From positions 20,276,001-20,340,000 of the forward strand of contig CM052832.1 of assembly GCA_028534125.1 (NCBI GenBank): a stretch of 64,000 bases of DNA, given 5' to 3'. The stretch's first letter is position 1; every line of letters starts with the position of its first letter. Source of the stretch: Lama glama. Lineage: Eukaryota. The notes under the pieces were generated by a model that worked only from the letters and a program-made list of their open reading frames with translations, was not told where the DNA came from and made no database searches. This document shows positions 1-11,384 of the stretch, in pieces. The position numbers were made by a program, and so were the translations under genes.

Positions 1-1039
1 TACTTCACTTCAAAATTATTTCAATAGTGAGGATAGAATCTTTTTTTTTTTTTGCTTTCATAGATGCTATAGTTGCTGATAAACTTTCTCAGAAAAATCC
101 ATAAACTATCTAGACTTTCTCTGCAGTCGGCAGAAATTTTCTGTCTTCTTAACATTTGATTAAACATATTTTTGGCTCGTAGACTATAGAAAAGAACGAT
201 AAAAGTAACTTTATATGAAGGGCTGTCTTGAAGCCCTTCATTGTTTATAATCTTTCTGATTATAAATTCTTTTGTGCCCAAGAACTAAAAATCATTGGGC
301 CATAATGTCATGACATGTTCTTACTTCTTCACTGACACTGGTTTCTAAACTTCATAATACAAATCCACTACCTTCTGGTTTAAGAAACTGTTTTATTCTG
401 TAAAGATGTACTGCATTTTATTAAAAGGACCACTAAAATACAAAACATTTTCAGTAGATAGACCAAGGGAATTCTGCATAAAAACACAGGCAACAGTATA
501 TTCCGGGTTTTCTAAGATGAGTCTACTCTTAACTATGTGGTTCTTTTTCTATGCTTATAACTAATTTCACCACCTGGAAAAATAAGATAGCTTGTCATAT
601 CTAGTGTGTGTTTATTTTATTTTTTTTTTATTGGAGAAGTTTAATATAATGGTCAGGATATACTCTGAAATACAGGTTCATTCTCTTCGTAAGACTCAGT
701 GTCCTCAGTAAATGTCCAGCAAAATTTGCTCCATCTTACATGATAGCAGTGCAAGATCTCTCAGGATGCAGAAACCTCTATTCTTGGTTGTTTCCATCTG
801 CCAGAGGGAAAAAAAATGCTTACATGCCCAATGTTCATTCAGTAGAGATTTTCTGATAGCTTATTTTTTGATAGTGCTTGTGCAGACACAGTGAATTTAA
901 GAAATTTTGTTACTTTAACAATTGACTTTGCTACTATATGTCTTATACCTTGATCTGCTAGAAAGCAGCATGCTGGCACCAAGGTAGCTTTGAGCACAAG
1001 ATCTGGATTTTTGTGTCCATCCATTCTGATTTTGCATTG

Positions 1040-1177
1040 CTTTAATAATTTGTACATTTCCCCCGTCAAGCCCAGCCAGAACCACTGACAGCAACACAAG
1101 GGGCTCAGCCTGCGTAGACTGTATGTAAACAATGCCCACTGGAGTGGTAGCCTGTACAACTATTGCAACAACACTGC
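1040..1177. mobile_element. Decayed hAT MITE fragment (MER91-like)
   Basis: tagactgtatgtaaacaatgcccactggagtggtagcctgtacaact resembles the recalled MER91 terminal region. Confidence 0.35.
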
Positions 1178-1749
1178 AGGGAGAACACCCATCTGCCACT
1201 AGACTACTCAGATACAGCCCAGTTCTGTCACTCCACTCAGATCTGTCCCTTTTCTCCATCCCCCAACATTTGAAAAAAATTTTCACCCTCATTTTCTCCA
1301 CTACCTACATTCAAAATTATCCCCTTTACCAATATTATCTCAAGTCTTTAATATGAGGGAACTATTCTGGTTTTCAGTAGACACAAATGAATTAATGACT
1401 GATGTCTCTCTGTAAGCTAAAAGTGATCGTTAATTGGTGGAACTTCCAAAGCACAGTAAGTAATTGATTTCAGGATATGTGGGGAAATATTTGGGGACCA
1501 GAAGGTCCTTGGACTCTACCTCCTGCCATTCTTTCTACTCTGGCTTCAGCCTTCTTGTTGATTAAGAAGAAAATCATTTCAGGGGAGATCACTGACTTTA
1601 CAAAAACTCACTGAATACTGCTCATGACAGTAAATGTTAGATTTAGAAAATTCTTATGACTTCATATTTTCCTAAAGTTTTGACCTATTCATTTTTTAAA
1701 AATATTCTGTGATTACAGAGACCATGCTTAATTTTTTTTTTGTTTTACA

Positions 1750-2811
1750 ACAGACACTTGCTAGGAACTTTACATGATACATCCTAGGAATTCAGGATGT
1801 AAATAATGGGAGAATCTTGCTTTTGAGGAGCTTATGTCTACCTGGAGAGGCAGAAATAATTCAAGAGTTATGACAGAGCTTTGCAGTGCAATGAAGTACA
1901 GAGCTATGCAGCTGTCCCAGCCAATGAAAGAGTTACGGAAGCAAAGAAAATCTCACAGAATGAGGGTGAGTCGTGACATGAGAAAAACAAGTGGAAAGGA
2001 AGATTCCACACACTCAGGATATTAAGATGAAAGGCAAGGAGATACAAAAATCTCCCTGAGTTTTGCCCAAATGTAAAATACAAGTCAGGGAGGAGTGTGA
2101 GATGGAGGCCAGTCTGACTGTAGTGGCCATTTATGCCTAGCTGACTTTTAAGCAGGGACGTGCAAAACCAGCTTCCCCTTTCAGATAAGCCATGTGTTGA
2201 GAGATGTTGGCACTGGACAAGGAGAAAACAAGAGAGTTTGGGAAACTAGCCAGCAGGTTATTTTAGAAGTCTAGGGGAGAGACAATGACATTCTGAGCTG
2301 AGGAAGTAGCAACAGGGGAGCAGATGAGGGGAGAAAGTACAAAAAAAAAAAACAACTAAGAGGAAGATTCAGCAAGAGTTGCTTGAATCTGGATGGTAAG
2401 GGAGGGAGGATTTACAGGATCTCACAAGCTGGCTAGAGATAACCTTACCTGAGATGGAAAGTCCAAGAATGACAATAGTTTTAGGGATGGGAGTAGATAG
2501 GGACTAGAAGCTCAGGTCTGGAAATGCTCATTTCCTGTCATTTGCATTTCCAAGTCTGAAGCTCATGAGATAATAAAGGATTGAAGATTTTTTTTCTTTC
2601 AGTTGAGAATTTTCAGTGTATAGGTAGTAATTAAAACTGTAAGATTGCATGGGATTGTGAGGATTCATTTATAGAGTAAGATGGTTGGAAGGACCTGAAA
2701 GATAATCAGGGTCTATGTTTAGAAAGGTGAAAAAGCAGGCAGTACAATAAGGAGTGATCCTGAGGAAAATTCTGAAAAGGAGATGATGATATATAAGCAC
2801 ATTGGAGATTC
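1750..2811 (-). mobile_element. L2 LINE 3' fragment, highly diverged
   Basis: Purine-rich reverse-L2 pattern (cttgcttttgaggagcttatgtcta..., gacttttaagcaggg..., gtctgaagctcatgaga, tcagtgtataggtagtaattaaaactg). Confidence 0.6.
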
Positions 2812-2826
2812 CTGAAGCCATATTGT

Positions 2827-3443
2827 TTTTTGGTTTGGGGGGGTTTTTTTTGCTTTGTTTTGCTTCGTTATTGAAGTATAGTTGGTTTACAGTGTTGTGT
2901 TAGTTTCAGGTGTACAGCAAAGTGATTCATATCTATATAGCTATATACACATTTCCTTTTTCAGACTCTTTTCCACTATAGGTTATTACAAGATACTGAA
3001 TATAGTTCCCTGTGTATTATAGTAGGTCCTTGTTTGTCTGTTTTATATATAGTAATGTGTATCTGCTAATCCCAAACTGCTAATTTATTCCCCTTTGGTA
3101 ACCGTAAGTTTGTTTTCGATGTCTGTGAGTCTGGTTTTGTTTTATAAATAAGTTCATTTGTGTTATTTTTTTAGATTCCACAAATAAGCAATATCATATG
3201 ATTTTTGTCTTTCTGTCTGACTTCACCTAGTATGATCATCTCTAGGTCCATCCATGTTGCTGCAAATGGCATTATTTCATTCTTTTTATGGCTGAGTAAT
3301 ATGCCATCATATCTGTATATACCACATCTTTATCCATTCATCTGTCAGTGGGCACTTAGGTTGCTTCTGTGTCTTTAGTATTATAAACAGTGCTGCTATA
3401 AACCTTGGGGTGCATGTATCTTTTCAAATTAAGAGTGTTTGTA
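2827..3443 (-). mobile_element. 5'-truncated L1 (cetartiodactyl-type 3' UTR) with 15-bp TSD
   Basis: T-rich tail, then ttattgaagtatagttggtttacagtgttgtgttagtttcaggtgtacagcaaagtgattca...; flanked by ctgaagccatattgt (2812-2826) and ctgatgccatattgt (3444-3458). Confidence 0.92.
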
Positions 3444-3589
3444 CTGATGCCATATTGTCAATATGCTTGAGGGCTTTATTCAGATAAATGATGAAGTCTT
3501 GATTATCACATAAAAACTTGGAAAAGCCTGGGTTAGAAATAGCTAATCGCCACTATTAACTGGAGATACCATCCTTACTATTGCATTTT

Positions 3590-3745
3590 AATCTTTTCAA
3601 CAACTGAGAGTTTACACAGTTTACAGAAGAGAAAAAAATGGAAGCTCATGGAAATAAGTGATTTTCTTGGGGTCTCAAAGATAAGAAATTTATGAAACTG
3701 AGTTTTGAGTTTTGGTCTTTGTCACTCCAAAATACAAGTTATTAA
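3590..3745 (-). mobile_element. MIR SINE fragment
   Basis: ttacagaagagaaaaaaatggaagctcatggaaataagtgattttcttggggtctcaaag matches the reverse MIR core. Confidence 0.6.
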
Positions 3746-4199
3746 CTGATAGGGTGTTTGTCTCCCTTTCCTAGGTTTTACCAACATAGCTCCCATTTCA
3801 TGTAATGATAATCAGTTCAGACATGTGTAATACCAATTAGCTGTTGAGAGATCTACTAAATTCCTTTCATTGGAGTTTAGAAAATGCCTCTGCTATCATA
3901 AACAGTTTCATGGCCTTGTGGCATGGTATCATAAACCACTTCTTTCCTTTGAATTGCCCTTGGCTCCCTGTCTTTCTTTAAACAGACTGTGGATGAGAAA
4001 AGCACTGTCACCCTTGAGAAAGTTCTCTGTGACATAGAGCAGAAGGTGCTGGGGAAGATTAAAAAGTAAACCTGAGTTGAGTGAGAGCCAAGCTCTGAAG
4101 AATGAGAGCCACAAACTGCACTTGAAGATCCAAAATCCCAGGCCAAAGTCTCCAAGAAGTCTTGATTTGGAGATATTTCCTGTATATTAACAAGAAATC

Positions 4200-4381
4200 T
4201 GTTGAATCCAGGGGGCACATGAATGGACTTCAGGGTGAGGTTAAGGGAGAAGAGAGAGCTATGAACTGCAAAGGTATGTATACAGATATTTTTGAATGCA
4301 TGCATATTTCTGTACAGACTATCAGCTGCCTTCATTAGCTATTCAAAGCGGTCCATCCCCCCCCCAAATTTAAGAAATGCC
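4200..4381. mobile_element. hAT-Charlie-type MITE remnant
   Basis: catgaatggacttcagggt...ccttcattagctattcaaagcggtccat...aatttaagaaatgc resembles short Charlie-derived MITEs. Confidence 0.4.
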
Positions 4382-6264
4382 AATATTATGTATTTATTTA
4401 TATTATTTTATTACAAAAAAATTTAAATACAGAGAAGGAGAAACTCCCAAGTAGCTAACATTCAATTTCAAAAGTATAGCAACATTTTGTCAATTTTATT
4501 TTGTTATCTGTTCTTTACCACTTTTTGATTTTATATTGTGTTTTAAAGGAAATCATACATGCTATTCTTGGCACACAATGACTAGTTCTTTAGCACGTAT
4601 TTCTGGTTTGCCCTTCCATCCATTCAGTGCATCCTTGCTGAGTTTTCTGAATGCATCATTCTCATCACAACAAAACCTTTGAAGATGCCTGGGTTACTGG
4701 GCATTTGAGATTTCAAAAACCACTTCCAAATAATCTTTCCATTTTTCTCTCATAGGAAATCTCTAGAACCTTCTGCTCCAAACAGCTTGGCCTATCCCTG
4801 CAATAGGTCTTAAATGTTTGCATGTTTAGGACTAGAATTACCCAGGACCCCTTAGAATTTCTTTAGTCTGTGCTTCCCATCTCTTTTAATTTAAGCACCC
4901 CTGAAAGTGTAGCTGAACTCTCATTGTTCCTCTCCAGAATATCTCAGCCTAAGGGACCCAATTCCTGTGGGTTCTCAGATTCTCATTTATTTTATGTATA
5001 CATTTGTCATTCTGACAGTACAACCATACAGGGTTAATTCTGCATTTTAGATGAACTTTTAAACACCTTAGAAAATAATCTTCCAAGGGTTTATCCCAGC
5101 AAGTCAAAAAGTAGCTAACTTGTCCGTCCACTCTCTGCTTTCTGGCAAGGTGTATACAGGCTAACTCTGGTACATAGTAGCCAAATACCACTCCACAGGT
5201 ACTTTGCCCATATGTTGGTCGGCCTGAACAGCCTAAATAAGTTCTAGAGATTTACTTGAGCCGCTTATTCACCCCAGGTCCCAAGTATGAGTAAACAGGA
5301 AAAAAATATGGCTATTCAAGGCAGAAATAATTTCAGACCTTGTTTCTGATACATTTTGTTACTACTCATCACAATGCAATAAAGCAAGTATTACTTTTAT
5401 CATCATAATTATTTTTCCATGTTTGATGTTATTATAGTTTTTACATCAAGAGAAGAAAAGTCTTAAACAAAGTTACATAGCTTATAAGAGGAATATGTAG
5501 ACTTTAAAATAAACTCTATCAGATTTCACAAAGTCTTGCTTACTGCACTTTAACCCCATGAGTCTTCAAAGATTCCATGATGACACCATACATCTCTCCT
5601 AAACTTCATCCAAACCACCGTGGTCCCTTCATTCTATCCTAGACCCACCAGCTTCCCAGGTCAGTAACAACCAATCAGTCAACATTTTAATTAGTTCGTG
5701 CATTTAACCAGATGACAGTGATCAAAGAATCAGTTCTGGTGCCTGCTTTGTAGATGACTAAGTCACTGATTGATGTGACACCTAAGTCATAGGATTCTCT
5801 CTCTCTCTGGATGCTGAATAGGTTTCTCAGTTACCTATGGGTAATTACAGTCTATTACAGGGTCTGTTCCGAGGACTTCTTTTGCATAGTCAAATTGAAA
5901 ACAACCAGAAGAAGGTCTAAATCAGTTACAAGTTTAGTTCTAGACGGAAATATATTCCAGATGGTATGTTGCTGTCTAATACAAAGAGAATAAACAGGTA
6001 AGCACCCCTTACTTCTCTTAGTAATAAAGTTGATAACTGGTATTTTAACTATTTTTTCATAACGATTGGGGTCAGGATGGTTTACATCTTAATTTGCAGA
6101 AAGTTGAGTCCAGTTCCAAATGAACAGTGCAAAGTAATTTTTGGTAACTTATTAAAAATTTAAATATGATTCCAAACCCTTAGGCTACTTGATTTTTAAA
6201 GTTAAATTTTCTTCTGAAATAGCAGTACATGATGCCTGTCAAAAACCCAGAGCCATAATAGCTG

Positions 6265-6370
6265 TAGGCTACATTCCAAAAATAAAGTAGCAGGCTGTCT
6301 CAGTCACCGAAGTGCCGGTGCCTGGCTATACATGGCCTCCTTTAATGGCTGATAACCCCTGCAGTTGAAA
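6265..6370 (+). promoter_or_regulatory. Candidate muscle-type promoter/enhancer (TEAD, MEF2-like, CArG, GATA, E-box)
   Basis: ACATTCCA 6271-6278; CCAAAAATAA 6276-6285; CArG-like CTATACATGG 6326-6335; perfect CArG CCTTTAATGG 6339-6348; TGATAA 6350-6355; CAGTTG 6362-6367; donor TGG|GTAAGA follows at 6489/6490. Confidence 0.5.
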
Positions 6371-6489
6371 TTTGCCTGCAGTTTGACTGGAAAAGACTGG
6401 CTCTTGTGTGAAGAATATGAAACAAAGTATGCCTTCTCCATCGAGGTGACAAAACAAGAGTGGACAGCCTGCTTTTGATAAGCAAATGG
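6370..6489 (+). other. Candidate non-coding first exon (start approximate)
   Basis: Unique sequence downstream of the motif cluster ending in AAATGG|GTAAGA; all three frames contain stops. Confidence 0.4.
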
Positions 6490-6769
6490 GTAAGAAAACA
6501 ACTTACCCCTTCTGAGGGAGCAATGAAGTCATAACCAAAAGATTTCACCATGAAATGTTTCCTTACTTCCTCCTCTTGGAAAAGGACGTAAGGAAGGAAA
6601 CCTGGTGTTGATTCAACACCTATTTTGTGCCAGATGTTATTCTTGAGAATTGTCTTTCCTGTTTCAAGAAAATATGCTTTTTTATTCTAGATCTGTGCCT
6701 CTAAACTGGAGTTCCATCTGTGCAGGGAAGGCTTGCGAATGTGTGCATGTGTGTGGCGGGGCGTGTTCT

Positions 6770-6895
6770 TGGTATTCCTAATGTTGGGGGGAAGGATGCT
6801 CCGGGCACTTAGTGAGCAGGAGCCAGGGATGCTGGTTTCACTGCGCTTTGCCAGACCGTCCAGCTCCACACGTCAAAAATCCTAACCCCCTCCCC
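6770..6895. mobile_element. MER3/MER20-like hAT MITE fragment
   Basis: ggcacttagtgagcaggagccagggatgctg resembles the recalled ggcatctagtgggtagaggccagggatgctg core. Confidence 0.4.
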
Positions 6896-7080
6896 AGTGA
6901 GAAATACTGATCTCTACCATTGGTGATTTTTTTTTTTAATGTAAACATGAAATGGAAGAACATCTTTACTATTTCACTTATTAGATTGAGATGACAAATA
7001 CACATTTGTAATCTTAGTGGTGGTACTTCAACATGAGTATATAAAGAAGAGAAAAGATTTATGGTATTTTCTTCCCCCAG

Positions 7081-7237
7081 GAATCAAACTCAGGTATCTG
7101 TTATTATTATGACTACTCCTACTACGATATCGTCAGTGTTTGGACTAGTTTTCAGGAAATGGAACGTTCCCCAGTTGAAGAAATTATAGCTCTTCTGAAA
7201 GACTATGATTTCACAATTCAGCCATCCCTTCCAAAAG
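7081..7237 (+). other. Candidate spliced exon (157 nt)
   Basis: Acceptor tattttcttcccccag|G at 7080/7081; consensus donor AAG|GTAAGT at 7237/7238; frame 1 open throughout; ATG at 7159 in GAAATGG context. Confidence 0.6.
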
Positions 7238-7700
7238 GTAAGTTTCTTGCTTATATGTAGCATGGTTTGCAAATCACCATTTTTATTCCTTTTATTATTT
7301 TGGTGGGAAAATAGTCATGATGCATAATGATTTGGAGAAGTGATATATCACAGTTCAGTTACCCATAAAATAAAATACACCCAACCCCAAAGAAAGTAGA
7401 ACACCATTATGTGGGAACAAGACCCTCTCCATTCCGGCAGTGAAATTAATCATTTGATACAGGCCTTGAAAAAAAAACTTGAAGAGCACTGGTGTGAATG
7501 TAAGGAAAGAGCCACGTGAGATCAATCTGAAACTGCTTACTTAATCTCTCTCTCTTTCACAAACACCCTTTCCTGGTTGCATAAACCACCAGTTCACTCT
7601 TTGCATGCTGCCAATTACACAGGCCAACTGGAAAATGCTTTGTTCCTCTTATTTTTCTTTATTTATCTTTTTTTTCCCCAACCAAACTGTATTTGTTCAG

Positions 7701-7864
7701 TATAAAAGATTTCACCACACTTCATGAACAGCCAGGCTCTTCCAGGCCACAGAATATCTTCAGCAAATTACAGCCAACCCTCTAATCTGTTTTTCAATAA
7801 AACTTTTCTTTCTTGCTTTCCTTTCAACTCTGTTGTTCACTTGTTTTTCTTTCTGAATCTCAAG
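7701..7864 (+). promoter_or_regulatory. Candidate TATA promoter with short first exon
   Basis: TATAAAAG at 7701-7708 and donor AAG|GTATGT at 7864/7865. Confidence 0.35.
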
Positions 7865-8696
7865 GTATGTCTTTAAAGCATTTTATTCATGTTGGTTCTC
7901 TAGCTTTATTGAAGGAATGAAAAAATGAAGACATTGGATACTAAAGAAAATTCCTCTCTTAACACTTACAAATCACCCCAGAATATGTAGAAACTAGTGA
8001 ACCGGATTCCCCACTGCTGTCTGACAGGGGCCTGGAGAACTGCGTAATACGCTCAAGCCCGCAAGGTGCCATTTGTCTTGTTAGTATTTCTCTCACTGCT
8101 ACCAGTAAGTGACCGCAATGCTGAGGTCGCCTGCATGTTCCTTTCTCATGCATGAAATACTTCAAGAACTATCTGATGCCAGAAGGTCTTCTTAACCATT
8201 CCTGGAAATGACAGAAATTTTAAATTTATGTGCCATTTATGACTTAGAATTTTTATATCATTAGATTTGATCCTGTGATCAGGATTTAATGAGGGGCTAG
8301 GCAACTGGGAGATACGAGGATACAGGATCCTTAAAGGAAGGAGGAGACACTTCTAAGGAGAGAAGGAAGTCTGCAAGATCACCAGCATTTTGTCTGTTGC
8401 CAGAATGTCCACACTACATGGTCTCTGTGGGTTAGCTATTTGACCAAGAAATTCTAAATAGACTCATATTTTTATTCAACCTTAAGTCAGTTGTGTATCT
8501 TGTTAAAGAAATTCTGGAAAACAGATATGCACATATGATGTGAATAATCAGCTCTTATTTGTGTTCTGAAATGTGGATTTTTCTTGACAAGTTTACTTTA
8601 TGAAAGAAGTAATTGAGTTGTTATTTATAGAACAAATATTTATCTAAAGTGAATCATGTGTGTGTTTTGTTTTCCATTACTTCCATACAATTTCAG

Positions 8697-8795
8697 GACT
8701 CACTCTTAGGCAGAAAAAAGTGTGACCCAAAGCCAGACACAGCAGTGGCTGACAGCCTGCGCCTGGCCTCCGATGGAAGGAAAGTCTCACAGCAG
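8697..8795 (+). other. Candidate internal exon (99 nt)
   Basis: Pyrimidine-rich acceptor gttttgttttccattacttccatacaatttcag|G and donor CAG|GTCAGT; the segment is GC-richer than its flanks. Confidence 0.3.
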
Positions 8796-9178
8796 GTCAG
8801 TCACGCAGAAAGCATGCATAGGGGGCAAGGGCTGGGATCGTACGGGACCCATGTCCTAGTTCTGCATGTCTGGGTGTGAATATGCCCTCCCAGGAGCCGC
8901 AGGGAATAATGATAGTAGCAATGAGATGATAGTAATAATAATACTTTTGAGCATTCAGTGTTCTGTTTGTGTCTTATGTGTATCTACTCATTCAACTGCA
9001 ACAGCTCCTTCAGGAAGTATTATAATTGTTATCACCTGCATTTTACAAAAAAAAAGTCATACCCTGTTTCTACTAGATTACAGAAATAGAGCCTAGACAT
9101 TCAGTACTTCTGAATGTTTCATGTGTGTTAGGGGTAGAGGCTGCCCATCCGTTTATTCAAGATCTTAGTATTGTTCAG

Positions 9179-9677
9179 TCTACTACTTTCCTGGGGCCAC
9201 TGTGACTAGAAAGTACCACAAACTGGGTGGCTTGAAACAACAGAAACCTACTGCCTCAGAGATCTGGGGGTTAGGAGTCTGAAATCAAAGCACTGGGAGT
9301 TGCGTGCTCCCTCTGAAATCTGCAGGAAATCCTTCCCTGCCCCTTCTAGCTCTGCTGGTTGGTTTGTCGGCAGCTGTTAGCGTCCCTTGGCTTGCAGGGG
9401 CATTGCTCCAGTCTCTGCCTTCATCCTTACCTGGCATTCTCTGCGTGTCTTCACATAGTCTTCCTTCTGTGTGTGCGTGTGTCCAGATTTCCCCCCTCTT
9501 TAAGGGAAATATAATCCAGTTATATTTGGATTAGGTACCACCTTAATGACTTCATTTTAACTGGGTTAAATCTGCATAGATCCTATTTACAAATAAAATC
9601 ACATTGTGAGTACAGGTGGTTAGGACTTCAGCATGTCTTTTGGTTGAGATTAGGGGTACACAAGTCAACCTGTAACA
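9179..9677 (-). mobile_element. MaLR solo LTR (MLT1B/C-like)
   Basis: aagtaccacaaactgggtggcttgaaacaacagaaa...ccttaatgacttcattttaact...aggacttcagcatgtctttt...caacctgtaaca. Confidence 0.88.
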
Positions 9678-9689
9678 CCTGGTATTGTG

Positions 9690-11210
9690 GTAAAGGAAAG
9701 TGATACAAAGATGTATGGGACATCTTCCCTGCCACGAAGCATCTCACAGTGTAATCAAATAGCCATGAAAGGAGCTGGAAATTCACCATAGGGTGTCAGA
9801 TACTTGGGTTAAGTGAAGTCCTGGGTACTATATGGATGCTGTAGCAAACTGGTCATGAAAGATAAAGCTGACTTAGAAGTAAAAAAGAATATGCAAAAGA
9901 CAAAAAAAGTGAGTGAACGTGATACACTGGAAACTTTGAAGAAGTTGTGTACAGGTAGCATTTAGAGAGTGGATGCAGATAAGGGGAGAAGAAACATGGT
10001 GAGAAATAAAACTGAACTGGTTGGGGACAAAACCAGGGAGGGCTTTGTGTATCATTAAAAAGGATTTGGATTTGCTTCCCTACAGTAGGAAATTACGGAT
10101 GGATTTTTAAGATAGAGATTGACCTATTAAAATATGTGTGGGGTTAGATATGGGAGGTATTTAGGAAATAAAAAGAAGAGGACATAATGGATATGATGGA
10201 GGGAAAGGAAACAGTGCAAAGGAGGACCCTCTCTCTCTAGTACTGACAACCGGCTAGGGTACTGGGTCAATCTGAATATGAAAATTTAGCTAAAAGATCT
10301 ACTTTGAGGAGAAAGGATACAGTTCAGTTTGGGACATTTCAAGGAATCTGAGATGCCTGAAATATCAACAAGTTAGTTTGGGGAAGAAGCAGTTGAATTT
10401 GCGTGTCTAGGATGTGGCTCAGAACTTACATATGGGAAGCACCCACAGGTAGGGGTAGGGAGATCACTGGGGGTGGGGGGGTTGTTAGCAGAGTGAGAAG
10501 AGGATCTTAAAGAAGACCATAACTCAAACCCGTGTGACTAGCAACTTCCTAAGGTTTAGATCACTGATTCCGAATCTTTTCAACATTATGGCATATGGTG
10601 AAAATGAATGAACATTTGTTTACATTATGCATAACCTGTAGACTCCTGTTGTTCCACACCCATGGTCAATTCTGTAGCATCACTATCTCTAGCACAACTG
10701 TATCACCTTGGAGCACCTGACATGCCAATGGTGAAGCTCTCAGAAAAAGGTAATCCCTAATGAAGTGATCAAAGAGGAGTGATGAACTAGAAGACTCTGA
10801 AGAGATCCTAAAATGGAGAAATGATTTGCAGCGTTAATACCTCAGAAAGCTCAAGATAATGACTTTGTAGTGCCTACTGCACTTAGCAGCAGAATCCTTG
10901 ATGATTTTGACCAGATCAGATTCTATGGGATGATGGATGCAGAAATCACCTTGCATCAAATGAGAAACTGAGAATTGGAGTTTGAAGCATCAAGTTCAGA
11001 CTACTTTTTCTAATTGTTTTGTTACTACAAGGAAGGAGAGAAATGTGTGATCATTAGATAAGAAAAATCAGAGCAAAATTTTAAGTTGGGAGTGTTTTGA
11101 GCATGATTTTATGCTGAAGGAAATAAGCCAGAGGAGAGAGAGAGAGAGGTTATTTTAGATGAGAGGAGATAGCCAGTGAGTTGTGGAAGCAGGCACTGAT
11201 GACCTCAGGG
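9690..11210 (-). mobile_element. L2 LINE fragments (discontinuous)
   Basis: Reverse-L2 motifs: aaaggatttggatttg, ggatttttaagatagag, agttcagtttgggacattt, aagcagttgaatttgcgtgtctagg, ttgatgattttgaccagatcagattc. Confidence 0.55.
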
Positions 11211-11230
11211 TTCAGGTGAAGTTATTAATC

Positions 11231-11384
11231 TTTCTTAAAAAGTATTTTTAAAAATTTTGATTTGTTTGGTTTAGGGGGGAGGTAAACTAGGTTTATTTAT
11301 TTTGATGGAGTTTTGGGGGCGTTTTACCCAGGACCTTGTGCATGCTAAGCACACACTGTACCACTGAGCTATACTCTCCCCTGC
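11231..11384 (-). mobile_element. tRNA-Ala-derived camelid SINE (Vic-1-like) with 14-bp TSD
   Basis: Reverse complement reads GGGGAGAGTATAGCTCAGTGGTACAGTGTGTGCTTAGCATGCACAAGGTCCTGGGT...CCATCAAAATAAATAAACCTAGTTTACCTCCCCCC plus A-rich tail; TSD tgaagttattaatc at 11217-11230 and 11385-11398. Confidence 0.88.

Noticed and set aside
21..281. 86-aa minus-strand ORF with an acceptor-like cttttctatag near 182
   Set aside because: No recognisable homology or matching donor; it runs through a poly-A tract; consistent with a chance ORF
949..1173. Apparent 225-nt minus-strand exon (ctccctgcag acceptor, AAG|GTATAA donor, one open frame) within ORF 915..1301
   Set aside because: The peptide is unrecognisable, the donor is mediocre, and much of the segment resembles a MER91-type MITE
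6507..6551. Minus-strand ATG...GGG|GTAAGT giving MVKSFGYDFIAPSEG
   Set aside because: A single donor with no supported promoter or downstream exon; cannot be distinguished from chance, though an antisense transcript is not excluded
11320..11381. tRNA-Ala-like sequence
   Set aside because: It is the head of a SINE, with tail, TSD and a broken B box; not a tRNA gene
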